Below are positions 18,785-28,700 of a stretch of 64,000 nt of DNA, one piece after another. A model generated the notes under the pieces. It saw only the letters and a list, made by a program, of their open reading frames with translations. It searched no databases and had not been told where the DNA came from. The position numbers were made by a program, and so were the translations under genes. The DNA lies in sequence record DRR723986_3279. The stretch is one strand, 5' to 3'. Every line of letters begins with the position of its first letter. The stretch's first letter is position 1.

Positions 18785-20020
18785 ATGAATGCCATCGCTT
18801 CAATTCTTGACCCCGAGCAAACCGATGAGACCGCCCGCACGCCTTTCGGTGCCTTTCTCTGCGACGACGCATCCAGCCAAATTTTGCAGCCCATTGCGGC
18901 AGAGCATGGCTGGTCCGCCGATATGATTTTCGCAGGCGGTATCGCCGCCGGTGTGCGTATGCTGGGTGGTATGCCTTGCCCTGAATTTATGGTGGTTGAC
19001 CTATCTGAAAGCAAAGACCCCCGCGCCGACATGCAAGCGCTGGCCGATGTGTGCGATGCTGGCACGGTCGTGCTGGCCATTGGCACCGTGAATGATGTCA
19101 CCTTATACCGCGACCTGCTGAACGCAGGTGTGCATGACTATTTGGTAAAGCCGCTCTCTGCGCCTCTCCTTCAAGAAGCTATTGCCACCGCGCAGGAAGC
19201 CGCCCATGCCCCAACACAAGACGAGGAACCCGAAGACCTAACTACAGGCGAACGCGCGCTGTTCGTTGGTCTGCGCGGCGGTATTGGAACCAGCGCCCTT
19301 GTGTCAAATATAGCGTGGTTAATGGCCGAGAAAAAACAAAGCACGGTCTTACTGGACCTTGATTTGTATTTTGGCACTTCGGCGATGCAATTTGATATGG
19401 AACCGGGGCGCGGTCTTGCCGATGCGCTTGAAAACCCTGACCGGGTTGATGGCCTGTTCTTGGAACGCGCTGTGGTTAAACCACAAGAAAATTTGGCCAT
19501 ACTAGGGTCAGAAGCACCAGTGGGGAGCATACAAGAACCCGCAGGCGGATCATTGCAGCATTTAATCGGCTCGCTGGCAGAGAATTTTAAAAATGTGGTT
19601 GTTGAAGTGCCGCGCCAAATGCTCGGCACGCATTCAGACATGCTGTCTGCCGCCAAAGACATTGTGCTGGTTACCGACTATTCGCTAACCGCCGCACGCG
19701 ATTGCATCAGACTTATTGCCCATATCAAGCAGGTGGCCCCTGCGGCCAGCATTCATGTGGTTGCCAGCAGAACAACAGCAACGCCGCAGGAAGTTGAGCA
19801 AAAAGACTTTGAGAACTCAATCGAGCAGGCGGTTAGCGCCACCATACCGTTTGACACCAAAACCATTATGGCCGCCGCCCAGCACAGCAAACTGGTGGTT
19901 GATAACGCCGCCAATAGCAAACTAAGCGCTGCCTATAAAGATGTGCTTTCAGCCATTGTGGCAGACGACGAAGACGCGGACCAAACCGCCGGTTGGTTCA
20001 GCAAGTTTATGAAGAAATAG
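18785..20020 (+). CDS. cpaE: Pilus assembly protein CpaE/TadZ
   Basis: Degenerate receiver domain (NDVTLYRDLLNAGVHDYLVKP) plus MinD-like ATPase GLRGGIGTS and DLDLYFG. Confidence 0.93.
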   Translation: MNAIASILDPEQTDETARTPFGAFLCDDASSQILQPIAAEHGWSADMIFAGGIAAGVRMLGGMPCPEFMVVDLSESKDPRADMQALADVCDAGTVVLAIGTVNDVTLYRDLLNAGVHDYLVKPLSAPLLQEAIATAQEAAHAPTQDEEPEDLTTGERALFVGLRGGIGTSALVSNIAWLMAEKKQSTVLLDLDLYFGTSAMQFDMEPGRGLADALENPDRVDGLFLERAVVKPQENLAILGSEAPVGSIQEPAGGSLQHLIGSLAENFKNVVVEVPRQMLGTHSDMLSAAKDIVLVTDYSLTAARDCIRLIAHIKQVAPAASIHVVASRTTATPQEVEQKDFENSIEQAVSATIPFDTKTIMAAAQHSKLVVDNAANSKLSAAYKDVLSAIVADDEDADQTAGWFSKFMKK

Positions 20021-20058
20021 GGCCGGGCAAGGCTTAATGAAATGAAACCACAAGCGTC

Positions 20059-21831
20059 ATGAAACCACAGGCATTTGGCAAAAGAAAGAGCGGGCTAAAA
20101 CGCTCGCTAGCTGGCGGCCAGCTTACTGGGTTTGGCCGTGGCTCTCCAGCGCATCATGAGGGTGAAAACACTGCCAGCGCTGACCAGGCGGCCTCTGCCC
20201 CGATTGTGGAGCTCGCGTCATATGCTGCTAATGATGGTGCTGCAACTAATGCACATGCGCCTACCGGTAATGTTACCAACAACACTGACAGTAATATTGA
20301 TCGCGCCGCTAGCCTCGGCGAGCAGGCATTGGACAAATGCTTCACGCCCGATGAACTGCGCATGTCGTCTAAAGCCGAGGTCACCAGAAAACTGCTCGCT
20401 GTCGTTTCTGACCTAGCAGAGGCCGACGGCCTTATCCTCTCGGAAAAAGAGAAAACAGATGTCGCCACCTACCTGTTGAACGAAGTTGAAACCACCATCG
20501 GCCCGATCGGTGACACCGCCTCCAGCGACTTGGCAACAGGCGATGAAAAAAACACCAAACAAGACCAACATACCGCGCTGTTTGATGCGAAGACCCACAT
20601 CCAGACATTGTTGATGGAACATATCGACCCGGTTGCTGCGGCGGAACTACCGCGCCCAGAGCTTGCCGAGCAAGTGGGTGAAGTGGTTGGCGAACTATTG
20701 GTGCAGGAAAAAATTAACCTGAACCTGCGCGAGCAGAAAGACCTGGTAACCCTGTTGCTGGATGACATGCTGGGCCTGGGGCCCCTAGAGCCGCTTCTTG
20801 CCGATGAAACCATTTCGGACATTATGATCAATGGCCCGAAAATGGTCTATGTGGAGAAAAAGGGCCGGTTAACCCTGACCGACGTTAAATTCCGCGACAA
20901 CCAGCATTTGATGAATATTGCCCAGCGTATTGTAACCGCTGTTGGCCGCCGCGTGGACGAAAGCTCGCCCATTTGCGACGCCCGCCTTGCGGACGGTAGC
21001 CGGGTAAACGTGATTGCCCCGCCGCTTGCCATTGACGGCGCGTCTATCTCAATCCGTAAATTTACCAAAGACAAAATCACGCTGGATAAAATGCTGGACT
21101 TCGGCAGCATATCAGCGCCCTTGGCCAAGGTGCTTAAAATTGCCGGGGCCTGCCGCCTTAACATTCTTATCTCGGGCGGTACGGGCTCGGGTAAAACCAC
21201 CATGCTTAACGCACTGTCGCGCATGATCGATCAGGGCGAACGCGTAGTCACCATTGAAGACGCAGCCGAGCTACAACTCCAGCAGCCCCATGTGGTGCGT
21301 TTGGAAACCCGCCCCGCCAACCTAGAGGGCAGCGGCGAAATAGACATGCGCGATTTGGTCAAAAATGCGCTGCGGATGCGCCCAGACCGTATCATTCTGG
21401 GTGAAATCCGCGGCGGCGAAGCCATTGATATGCTGCAGGCCATGAACACGGGCCATGATGGCTCTATGGGCACCATTCACGCCAACCGCCCGCGCGAGGC
21501 ACTTACCCGCCTGGAGAATATGGTCAATATGGCAGGCCTGAACCTGCCACCCAAAGCCATCCGCGAGCAGGTTGCGGCCTCACTTGACCTGATTGTGCAA
21601 GTACAGCGCATGCGTGACGGCGGCAGACGCACCACCCATGTTACCGAAGTTGTTGGCATGGAAGGCGATGTGATTACCACGCAGGACCTTTTCAAATACG
21701 AATTTACCGGTGAGGACGAAGGCGGCCGATTGTTAGGGTCGTTTAACTCAACCGGGGTGCGGCCTCACTTCCTGACCAATGCAGAATATTTTGGTCTGGA
21801 TCGCGCCCTGATGGACGCCATGAATAGCTGA
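20059..21831 (+). CDS. cpaF: Pilus assembly ATPase CpaF/TadA with long N-terminal extension
   Basis: [11 protein letters not shown], Walker [38 protein letters not shown]. Confidence 0.96.
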   Translation: MKPQAFGKRKSGLKRSLAGGQLTGFGRGSPAHHEGENTASADQAASAPIVELASYAANDGAATNAHAPTGNVTNNTDSNIDRAASLGEQALDKCFTPDELRMSSKAEVTRKLLAVVSDLAEADGLILSEKEKTDVATYLLNEVETTIGPIGDTASSDLATGDEKNTKQDQHTALFDAKTHIQTLLMEHIDPVAAAELPRPELAEQVGEVVGELLVQEKINLNLREQKDLVTLLLDDMLGLGPLEPLLADETISDIMINGPKMVYVEKKGRLTLTDVKFRDNQHLMNIAQRIVTAVGRRVDESSPICDARLADGSRVNVIAPPLAIDGASISIRKFTKDKITLDKMLDFGSISAPLAKVLKIAGACRLNILISGGTGSGKTTMLNALSRMIDQGERVVTIEDAAELQLQQPHVVRLETRPANLEGSGEIDMRDLVKNALRMRPDRIILGEIRGGEAIDMLQAMNTGHDGSMGTIHANRPREALTRLENMVNMAGLNLPPKAIREQVAASLDLIVQVQRMRDGGRRTTHVTEVVGMEGDVITTQDLFKYEFTGEDEGGRLLGSFNSTGVRPHFLTNAEYFGLDRALMDAMNS

Positions 21832-21870
21832 GACAACCAAGACCTGAAATTGCCTAAAAAGAGCAGAACC

Positions 21871-22857
21871 ATGCAAGATACAAATGTCACTGTCATACTT
21901 TTTGCCGCCGCCTTGATGATCACCATTCTGGTGGTTGCACTTTTGGTGCTGGGCCGCATGTTGGGCAAGGGCCAGAAGCAGGTGCGGGCAAAGTTGGACC
22001 AGTTTAAGAACCGCTTCAGCGAAACCCGCAGCACCACGACGCGCTCGGCTTCCATTCGGGTAAACCAACAGCAAACCGGTTTGGCCGCTAACCTTTCATT
22101 GTTGGTGCCCCGACGCGAACAATTGCAGATGCGCTTATCCAAGGCGGGCATTGAAGCCCCCTTACAGCGCTACGCTGCAGTGTGTGCAGCGCTTGGTATT
22201 TTGGTTTTGGTGCTGCTGCTTATGGCCGGTTTCCCGCTTTTGCTTTCGCTAATGCTCGGTATTGTAGCGGGGGTTGGTCTACCGCATTTCTATATTGGCA
22301 AGCGCATTGCCTCGCGCATCGAGCGTTTCACCAAACAATTTCCCGAAGGCATTGACCTTATGGTTCGGGGGCTGAAGTCTGGCCTGCCAGTGAATGAATG
22401 TATCGCCAATGTGGGCCAGGAGTTAAGCGCCCCTACCGGCGCAGAGTTTCGCAAAATTACCGACGGTATGCGCCTTGGCAAACAGCTGGAAGAAGTATTA
22501 TGGGAAACCGCAGACCGGCTAGACACCGCGGACTTTAAATTCTTTGTCATATCGCTGGTTGTCCAGCGCGAAACAGGCGGCAACCTGGGCGAAACGCTAG
22601 GCAATCTGTCTGGCATACTGCGGCAACGGCAGGCAATGAAACTGAAAATTCGGGCGATGTCTTCCGAGGCCAAGGCCAGTGCCTGGATTGTGGGCGTGCT
22701 GCCCTTCATCATGCTCGGGCTGATCATGATGCTGAATTATGATTACGGCATCATCCTGTTTACCCACCCGAAGGCGATTGTTGCAGGCATCGGTGGCTTG
22801 ATATGGATGGGTATTGGCATGCTCGTGATGGGTAAAATGATACGGTTTGAGGTGTAA
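21871..22857 (+). CDS. tadB: Tad inner-membrane platform protein TadB
   Basis: QFPEGIDLMVRGLKSGLP, QRETGGNLGETL, IRAMSSEAKAS. Confidence 0.95.
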   Translation: MQDTNVTVILFAAALMITILVVALLVLGRMLGKGQKQVRAKLDQFKNRFSETRSTTTRSASIRVNQQQTGLAANLSLLVPRREQLQMRLSKAGIEAPLQRYAAVCAALGILVLVLLLMAGFPLLLSLMLGIVAGVGLPHFYIGKRIASRIERFTKQFPEGIDLMVRGLKSGLPVNECIANVGQELSAPTGAEFRKITDGMRLGKQLEEVLWETADRLDTADFKFFVISLVVQRETGGNLGETLGNLSGILRQRQAMKLKIRAMSSEAKASAWIVGVLPFIMLGLIMMLNYDYGIILFTHPKAIVAGIGGLIWMGIGMLVMGKMIRFEV

Positions 22858-22859
22858 TC

Positions 22860-23843
22860 ATGGGTAGCGAAAGCGAAATTTTTGGATTTCAAATGATCGA
22901 CGCATTGTCGATATTTGCTGGTGTTGTTGCCTTTATGGTGTTGCTGGCAGTTTATCAAGCAGCCTTGGTAAAGAACCCCATGACAGGGCGGGTGAAAAAC
23001 CTGCAAGACCGGCGCGACGCCCTGAAGGCCGGCCTTGTTCGGTCAACTAAGCGCAAGTCACAAATCAAAAAAGTTGACGGTGTTGGCCACATGCGGGCGC
23101 TGGCAGAAAAACTGAAGCTGCTGCAAACCGAACAAACTAAAAAACTGACCCTCGGCCTGCAACAAGCGGGCTTTCGCTCCAAAGATGCGCTGGTGATATA
23201 TCAGGTCGCCCGACTGGCCATGCCGCTGGTTATGGGGCTTGTGGGCATTTTGCTTTTTTACGGCATGGGCGTTATGGCCGAGTATAAAACCTTCCACCCC
23301 ATCATGGCGGCGGGCATGGTATTTTTAGGCCTTAAACTGCCGGACATTTATGTCAGCAACGCCAAGCAAAAACGGACTGCCGCCATTCGCAAGGGCCTGC
23401 CCGATGCGTTGGATTTGCTGGTGGTATGTGCTGAAGCGGGCCTAACCCTCGACAGCGCCCTTAACCGAGTGGCCAAAGAGCTAGGCCGGGCAACCCCGGA
23501 GCTGGCGGATGAGTTTTCACTGGCGTCTATTGAGCTGGGTTTTTTGCCCGAACGCAGGCAGGCCCTGCTGAATCTGTCGGACCGGGTAGACCTGCCAGCC
23601 CTGCGCGGTGTTGTGACAACTTTGGTGCAAAGCGAGCGTTACGGCACACCGCTTGCCACCAGCCTGCGGGTATTGTCTGCCGAGTTCAGGAACGAACGGT
23701 TGATGCAAGCGGAAGAAAAAGCCGCGCGGCTACCCGCCACGCTCACCATCCCGCTTATTCTGTTTATTTTGCCCACGCTGTTTGTTGTGCTTCTGGGCCC
23801 CGCCGCCTGCAAAGTGGTAGATGACTTTATCGTCAAAAATTAG
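22860..23843 (+). CDS. tadC: Tad inner-membrane platform protein TadC
   Basis: GLPDALDLLVVCAEAGL, QSERYGTP, AEEKAARLP, FILPTLFVV.LGPA. Confidence 0.95.
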   Translation: MGSESEIFGFQMIDALSIFAGVVAFMVLLAVYQAALVKNPMTGRVKNLQDRRDALKAGLVRSTKRKSQIKKVDGVGHMRALAEKLKLLQTEQTKKLTLGLQQAGFRSKDALVIYQVARLAMPLVMGLVGILLFYGMGVMAEYKTFHPIMAAGMVFLGLKLPDIYVSNAKQKRTAAIRKGLPDALDLLVVCAEAGLTLDSALNRVAKELGRATPELADEFSLASIELGFLPERRQALLNLSDRVDLPALRGVVTTLVQSERYGTPLATSLRVLSAEFRNERLMQAEEKAARLPATLTIPLILFILPTLFVVLLGPAACKVVDDFIVKN

Positions 23844-24042
23844 AGTTCGACTCAACGGCTAAGATGGAAGGTGTGTACCAAAACAAAACACTCTGTCTTC
23901 AAGGTCGTGCAACCACGCCAGTTAATAGCTCGGCATAAGCCGATATTTTGGTCACTGCTGTCACAAATTTTGGAAAAAAGGGACGAAAATCTCGATTCTT
24001 TCAAGAGAATCATTGACCAAGCTGTCAATTTTTGGTCTTTTA

Positions 24043-24159
24043 GGCAGTGCGAGAGGGCGCGACTCGGTTGTGCCCACTCCTGTTGTGATCGCGTTTCACG
24101 TGATCACACTATCCTCGCTGTCGTGACTCGGGCCGGGTTTTATACCCGGCCATTTTTTT
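24043..24159 (+). ncRNA. Candidate structured small RNA between tadC and oxyR
   Basis: TTGACC -35-like site upstream; two internal hairpins enclosed by a GCGAG/CTCGC stem; ends in the terminator GGCCGGGT-TTTAT-ACCCGGCC-A-T7. Confidence 0.5.
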
Positions 24160-24166
24160 GGCCGGT

Positions 24167-24210
24167 CTCAAAATCAGTCAGTACTCAAAATCGGTCAGAA
24201 CTCAAAATCC
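24167..24210 (+). repeat. 17-bp tandem repeat, about 2.5 copies
   Basis: CTCAAAATCAGTCAGTA / CTCAAAATCGGTCAGAA / CTCAAAATCC. Confidence 0.8.
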
Positions 24211-24380
24211 CGGGCCCAAACTCAGCCTTCGGTGCGCACAACAAAGAACCCAAATGTGGCGACAATCGGGCAAACCGCTATAATCAGCTGTTTCCATAAT
24301 AGTTTGCGACAAGTGGTTTTTTTAACGTGCTCAGTTGAATGTTATTTGCGATTGGCGGGGCTAGGCCTATAATCGACCAA

Positions 24381-24417
24381 ATAGATTCTAAATATTTTTA
24401 TTATCGGAATGGTCGAT
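24381..24417. promoter_or_regulatory. OxyR-type operator overlapping the oxyR start
   Basis: ATAG-N7-ATAT-N7-ATCG-N7-CGAT matches the ATAG-N7-CTAT-N7-ATAG-N7-CTAT tetramer spacing. Confidence 0.7.
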
Positions 24418-25315
24418 GAGTTTCCCTCCTACGTTAAAACAACTGCGCTACCTCACAGCACTTCACAAAACCGATCATTTCGGCAGAGCCGCCGAAGCCT
24501 GCCATGTAACACAATCAACCCTTTCCGCTGGCATTCAGGAACTGGAAAACCTGTTGGGCGCCCAACTGGTGGAGCGCACAAAACGCTCGGTGATGTTCAC
24601 CAGCCTAGGCATTGAAGTGGTTCGGCGCGCACGCGGCATCCTGAACGAGGTAGATGACCTGACCGACATGGCCGAAGCCGCGAAAGACCCCCTGCGCGGC
24701 ACCATCCGCATGGGCATTATCCCCACCATCGCACCTTACCTGTTGCCCAAAATTATGCCCGAGATCAGCGAACAATTGCCCCACCTGACCCTCCACCTGC
24801 TTGAGGATAAATCAGCCGACTTGTGTGACCTGTTACGCGCGGGCGAGCTGGATGTGGTGCTGTATGCCCTGCCGTTTGAATGCGGCAATGTGCATGAAAT
24901 GCCCTTGTTTCCTGACCGTTTTGTCGCGGCCTACCCTAAAGGCGAAGCACCCGGCAAACACATCAGTACCGATGATCTGGATGAGAGCAAACTGCTATTG
25001 CTGGATGAAGGACACTGCCTGCGCGATCATGCGCTTGATGCCTGCCAATTGGTTGGCCGCCGGGCAAGGCGCGAACTGGCCAGCACCAGCCTGGCCACTA
25101 TTTTGCCCATGGTGGCGGCAGGCCGTGGCATGACGCTGCTGCCCGGCATGGCGGTAGATGCAGGCATAACAGACAATGTCGCTGTCGATATCGCCACTTT
25201 CAAAGACAGCATACCCACCCGTATGATCGGCCTTATCTGGCGCGCTACCAACCCGCGCGCTGCCACATTCGAGGCGCTTGGCGCGGCCATAAAACAGTCT
25301 GCCACTTTGTCCTAG
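24416..25315 (+). CDS. oxyR: Hydrogen peroxide-inducible genes activator OxyR (LysR family)
   Basis: LysR HTH (HFGRAAEACHVTQSTLS); IPTIAPYLLP; redox Cys pair in GHCLRDHALDAC. Confidence 0.9.
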   Translation: MSFPPTLKQLRYLTALHKTDHFGRAAEACHVTQSTLSAGIQELENLLGAQLVERTKRSVMFTSLGIEVVRRARGILNEVDDLTDMAEAAKDPLRGTIRMGIIPTIAPYLLPKIMPEISEQLPHLTLHLLEDKSADLCDLLRAGELDVVLYALPFECGNVHEMPLFPDRFVAAYPKGEAPGKHISTDDLDESKLLLLDEGHCLRDHALDACQLVGRRARRELASTSLATILPMVAAGRGMTLLPGMAVDAGITDNVAVDIATFKDSIPTRMIGLIWRATNPRAATFEALGAAIKQSATLS

Positions 25316-25403
25316 CGACACAATGGTATGAAATGCTATTATGAAGGCTGGGGTCGAGTCTTGTCCTTTTGCGGTTTAGCGAGGGGCAGCGCTTTAGCAA
25401 TTA

Positions 25404-26003
25404 TTGAAGCCAAAAACCGACATGCCCCACGAAGGGAAACTTGTCATGCAAATTGTTCGACTGGATTATATTCAAAACGGCGAGAATGACCCCGCCATTA
25501 AAGAATATTATGTCGGCGCTTCCTTCACCGGTGAAATGCCCCGCGCAGAACGGCTGGATGTGTTCAGAGGCACATTACGCTGCACAGAAGCAGCTGAGGT
25601 TTTTGATTGGTGGCTGTCGTTGGTTAAAGACGGATGGCCACCCAAAAAGTCTGCGCTTTTGTTTCGGGAAATGGCCAAGTTTGCCAAGAACCTCGGGCTT
25701 GTTGTCTGCAAACCAGATGGCACAGCACAAGTGCGCTTGGCGGGCAGCGGCGTGGAAGATCTGGTTGGTCGCTCGCTCGCTGGCATTGACCTTATAGAGG
25801 CAACGCCTTTTTCCAATGGCTTGTGCGAACTGTCGTGGCAAAGCCAAATTAAAGAACGCCGCCTCCGCTATTATCGCCGCGACTTGCGGAACTTCGGCAA
25901 AGACTACCGCGATGTTGGCATTTTAGAACTACCCGTGGCGGACGGCGATGGGGGCCGTTTCAAATATGTTTTGTCCCATATTAAAGCAGTAGACCGCAAA
26001 TAG
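25404..26003 (+). CDS. PAS_5 (DUF1457)-like domain protein; start uncertain
   Basis: VFDWWLSL....P......VRLAGSGVEDLVGRSLAG...LELP pattern. Confidence 0.6.
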   Translation: MKPKTDMPHEGKLVMQIVRLDYIQNGENDPAIKEYYVGASFTGEMPRAERLDVFRGTLRCTEAAEVFDWWLSLVKDGWPPKKSALLFREMAKFAKNLGLVVCKPDGTAQVRLAGSGVEDLVGRSLAGIDLIEATPFSNGLCELSWQSQIKERRLRYYRRDLRNFGKDYRDVGILELPVADGDGGRFKYVLSHIKAVDRK

Positions 26004-26019
26004 CCTAAACGTAAAATAA

Positions 26020-27462
26020 CTACTCCAACAGCTCAACGCCGGGCATATCCCAGTTTCCTTTCAGCACTCGGTCTTTCGGCCAATATAACCGCATATTGAG
26101 CGCAAAGGTGGCAGATGCCTCAGGATCCGGCGCAGGCAGCCAGTTACTGAGCGGCACGTCTTCAGGCTCTTTAGACTGAATATATATATCCACCGAGCCG
26201 TCATTATTCACAGCCAACCCATTGCGGCCCCCCAGCGAATGACGGCTGATGGGGTTTTTCGCCAAATAAAAATTTTCATTATACAATGTAAGGGACCAAA
26301 AAGCGTTTACCGGCGGCAGCTCGCCAGCCGGGAATCGAATGCGGTAGCGCTTATTACTATCGAGAGGCTCGCCGCTCGCATCCTGCACTGTATTGGGGTA
26401 AACAGCGTCTTCAGGTTCGTTCGCGCCGAGGCCAAAACGGGCCACATAAGCGCGCAGCGGGTAACGGGTGCCATATGCGCCCAAGCGCACACCGCCATTT
26501 TTATCATCTGGCATACCCGACCAGAAGGTAGAGCTTTTCTTAACCTTGTCTTTCACCCCCAGCATGGCTTGCTGCGCACGCTTAATGCCCGCTCCCATAG
26601 CGCGTTCCTGCATGGGCGACCACGCAGATGCATCAAAAGGCTGGCCGGGTATAATGCCCATAGCCTTGAGGGGGCCATCCACCATAGGTCCGTCTGCAGC
26701 GAGAGGGCCATTGAGGGTGAGCAACTTCGCCATTTCAGTGAATAATGCCAGTGGGCTGTATGCGTCAGCCGCAACCTTGGGGTTATTGGTGTTTTCATCT
26801 GCCGTGGCATAAAGCGGTGCATTCACGGGACCACCAGCATGAAATGCCGCCAGCGATTGCACGGTCATGCCGTCCTGAAAGGCGTGCGCACCAGCCATAT
26901 CGCTGCCACCCGGGGTTTCAATGCGGCCCACTGCCCAGGCAATTGTTGTGGGCGAGCGCACCAGTGTCATGCCGTCTGGCACCACGCCCTGCCAATTAGG
27001 CCCCGCCACCAACACCTTGTGGGCTGCATTTCCGGTTGTACGGCTACCGATGGAGGCAATGACATTGGTCCAGGCATCATGAATAGGCACCACATAATAG
27101 CGGCCACCACTGTCAGGCAGGCCTATCACCACAGGGCCTTCGGACAGATTAAGCCAAATGGTTGAATAGAGCGTGTCCAAGTTAATGCGCACCACCCGGC
27201 GAAAAGTATGATCGGGGAAAATGCGGGTGTGTTTCACCCGGTTAAACTGGTCGCCCACGGTTATTTTGCGCGTTTCGTTCATCAGCACCAATGGGTAGCC
27301 GTATACATAAGCCTGCGCTGCGGCGGCGCCCAATTCTGCCAAGCTTAATTGCTTGGCTGGTAGCGGTTGCTGCGCTGATGCCAGTTCCGTCGCTTGGGCT
27401 GAAAACCCGGTTAACGCCAGCAAAGGCAACACGAGCAATAGCCTGAAAATTGTTCTCACCAT
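26020..27462 (-). CDS. DUF1254/DUF1214 domain exported protein
   Basis: Signal peptide; AYVYGYPLV, NLDTLYS..WL.LS.GP, PPVNAFWSLTLY, NWLPAP, MRLYWP. Confidence 0.9.
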   Translation of the reverse strand: MVRTIFRLLLVLPLLALTGFSAQATELASAQQPLPAKQLSLAELGAAAAQAYVYGYPLVLMNETRKITVGDQFNRVKHTRIFPDHTFRRVVRINLDTLYSTIWLNLSEGPVVIGLPDSGGRYYVVPIHDAWTNVIASIGSRTTGNAAHKVLVAGPNWQGVVPDGMTLVRSPTTIAWAVGRIETPGGSDMAGAHAFQDGMTVQSLAAFHAGGPVNAPLYATADENTNNPKVAADAYSPLALFTEMAKLLTLNGPLAADGPMVDGPLKAMGIIPGQPFDASAWSPMQERAMGAGIKRAQQAMLGVKDKVKKSSTFWSGMPDDKNGGVRLGAYGTRYPLRAYVARFGLGANEPEDAVYPNTVQDASGEPLDSNKRYRIRFPAGELPPVNAFWSLTLYNENFYLAKNPISRHSLGGRNGLAVNNDGSVDIYIQSKEPEDVPLSNWLPAPDPEASATFALNMRLYWPKDRVLKGNWDMPGVELLE

Positions 27463-27466
27463 GTTT

Positions 27467-27973
27467 TCATCCCTCGGATAAAGAATTCAATTTCATCACC
27501 CAAGCCGGTGACACATCGCCCCTTGAGGCGGAAATACCGTCTATGCTGCCTTCACGCACAAAACCCAGCTTCTCCAGTACACGACCAGATGCAGGGTTGT
27601 CTTGAAAATACTGTGCATAAACAGGCCCGTCGAAGGCGATTTCCCGCAGCATATCAAGCGTCAAGGCTGCGGCTTTTGTGGCCAAGCCCTTGCCGCGATG
27701 ATCACGGTGAATGGCATAACCAATTTCCATTTGGTCTTCTTCGTTGAGAAACCACCCTGCCATGCCCACCAGCGTGCCGTTTTGGTAGACCCCTCGGTCT
27801 GCACGGATGCCTTCACCCTCTTCCCGCTTGCGGAGCGCCAAGCGCTCAACCACCCAGTCTCGGTCTACCCCCATGGGAATAGACCCCGTATTAACCGACA
27901 GGGAAGGGTCCGCGACCATGTCATGGTAAGCGTCCACGTCGCTGTCCGGTATGGGCTTGAGTTCAATTGTCAC
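27467..27973 (-). CDS. GNAT N-acetyltransferase (RimJ/RimL-like)
   Basis: EIGYAIHRDHRGKGLAT, NPASGRVLEKLGF. Confidence 0.9.
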   Translation of the reverse strand: MTIELKPIPDSDVDAYHDMVADPSLSVNTGSIPMGVDRDWVVERLALRKREEGEGIRADRGVYQNGTLVGMAGWFLNEEDQMEIGYAIHRDHRGKGLATKAAALTLDMLREIAFDGPVYAQYFQDNPASGRVLEKLGFVREGSIDGISASRGDVSPAWVMKLNSLSEG

Positions 27974-28085
27974 AAAAGGCTTTCACGCATTGACTGCACC
28001 AAAAGGCGCTGGCATTAAAAATTTTAGTGTGAAATTATTCCCTGATTAAGGTGATAAATTCAAGAGTGCTATTCAGGAGCTACCC

Positions 28086-28688
28086 ATGGCAGGCAATCCA
28101 TCCTTAAAAACCGGTTTAAACCACGGCCCAATGATGATTGCCACAGTCGGCGTTATGCTGGTGGTGTTTTTAGCCGGCTCCATGAGCGTTTGGGGCAGTT
28201 ACCTAAGCATGTTGCCTGGTGTTATGAAGCCAACCGCATGGCTTGCGTTCGCGCTGTTTATTATGGCTTTCACCGCTTCCAGCATTCAAATTTTATGGCC
28301 CGGCACCTATGGCCGGTGGGCAATGAAAAACCGCCGCTATATTGGGCTTTCCTTCGCGCTGGTGCATTTTATTCATGCTGGCCTCGTGCTTTCGAACCTG
28401 ATTTTTACCGAAGCAAGTCGCACCGCGCCTGTGCTCACTGGCGGCGGGCTGGCCTATGTTTTCCTCGGGTTGATGGCGCTGACGAGCAACAATGCGTCGG
28501 TGCGCAAGCTGGGGGCAAAAAACTGGAAACGACTACACAAAATTGGTAGCTATTACATCTGGATTATTTTCATGGCAACGACAGTGCCGGAAATTCCACT
28601 CAATTGGCCTTTGGGCGCAATCATTCCGTTAATCGGTATCACAGCCCTTGGACTGCGCATTGCCGCTTACCGCAAACTTAGAAATTAG
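28086..28688 (+). CDS. Ferric reductase-like transmembrane protein (MsrQ-like)
   Basis: NRRYIGLSFALVHFIH, MALTSNN, WKRLH heme-His motifs. Confidence 0.8.
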   Translation: MAGNPSLKTGLNHGPMMIATVGVMLVVFLAGSMSVWGSYLSMLPGVMKPTAWLAFALFIMAFTASSIQILWPGTYGRWAMKNRRYIGLSFALVHFIHAGLVLSNLIFTEASRTAPVLTGGGLAYVFLGLMALTSNNASVRKLGAKNWKRLHKIGSYYIWIIFMATTVPEIPLNWPLGAIIPLIGITALGLRIAAYRKLRN

Positions 28689-28700
28689 GTAGCCGCAATT

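Noticed and set aside
24167..24210. Repeats considered as a mini-CRISPR
   Set aside because: 17-bp units are directly adjacent, with no spacers and no cas genes.
23871..24299. 142-aa ORF after tadC
   Set aside because: No recognisable motif, and it runs through a strong terminator and tandem repeats; more likely non-coding.
28086..28688. MsrQ-like gene as part of an msrPQ system
   Set aside because: No msrP adjacent; stand-alone members are common, so no specific call was made.
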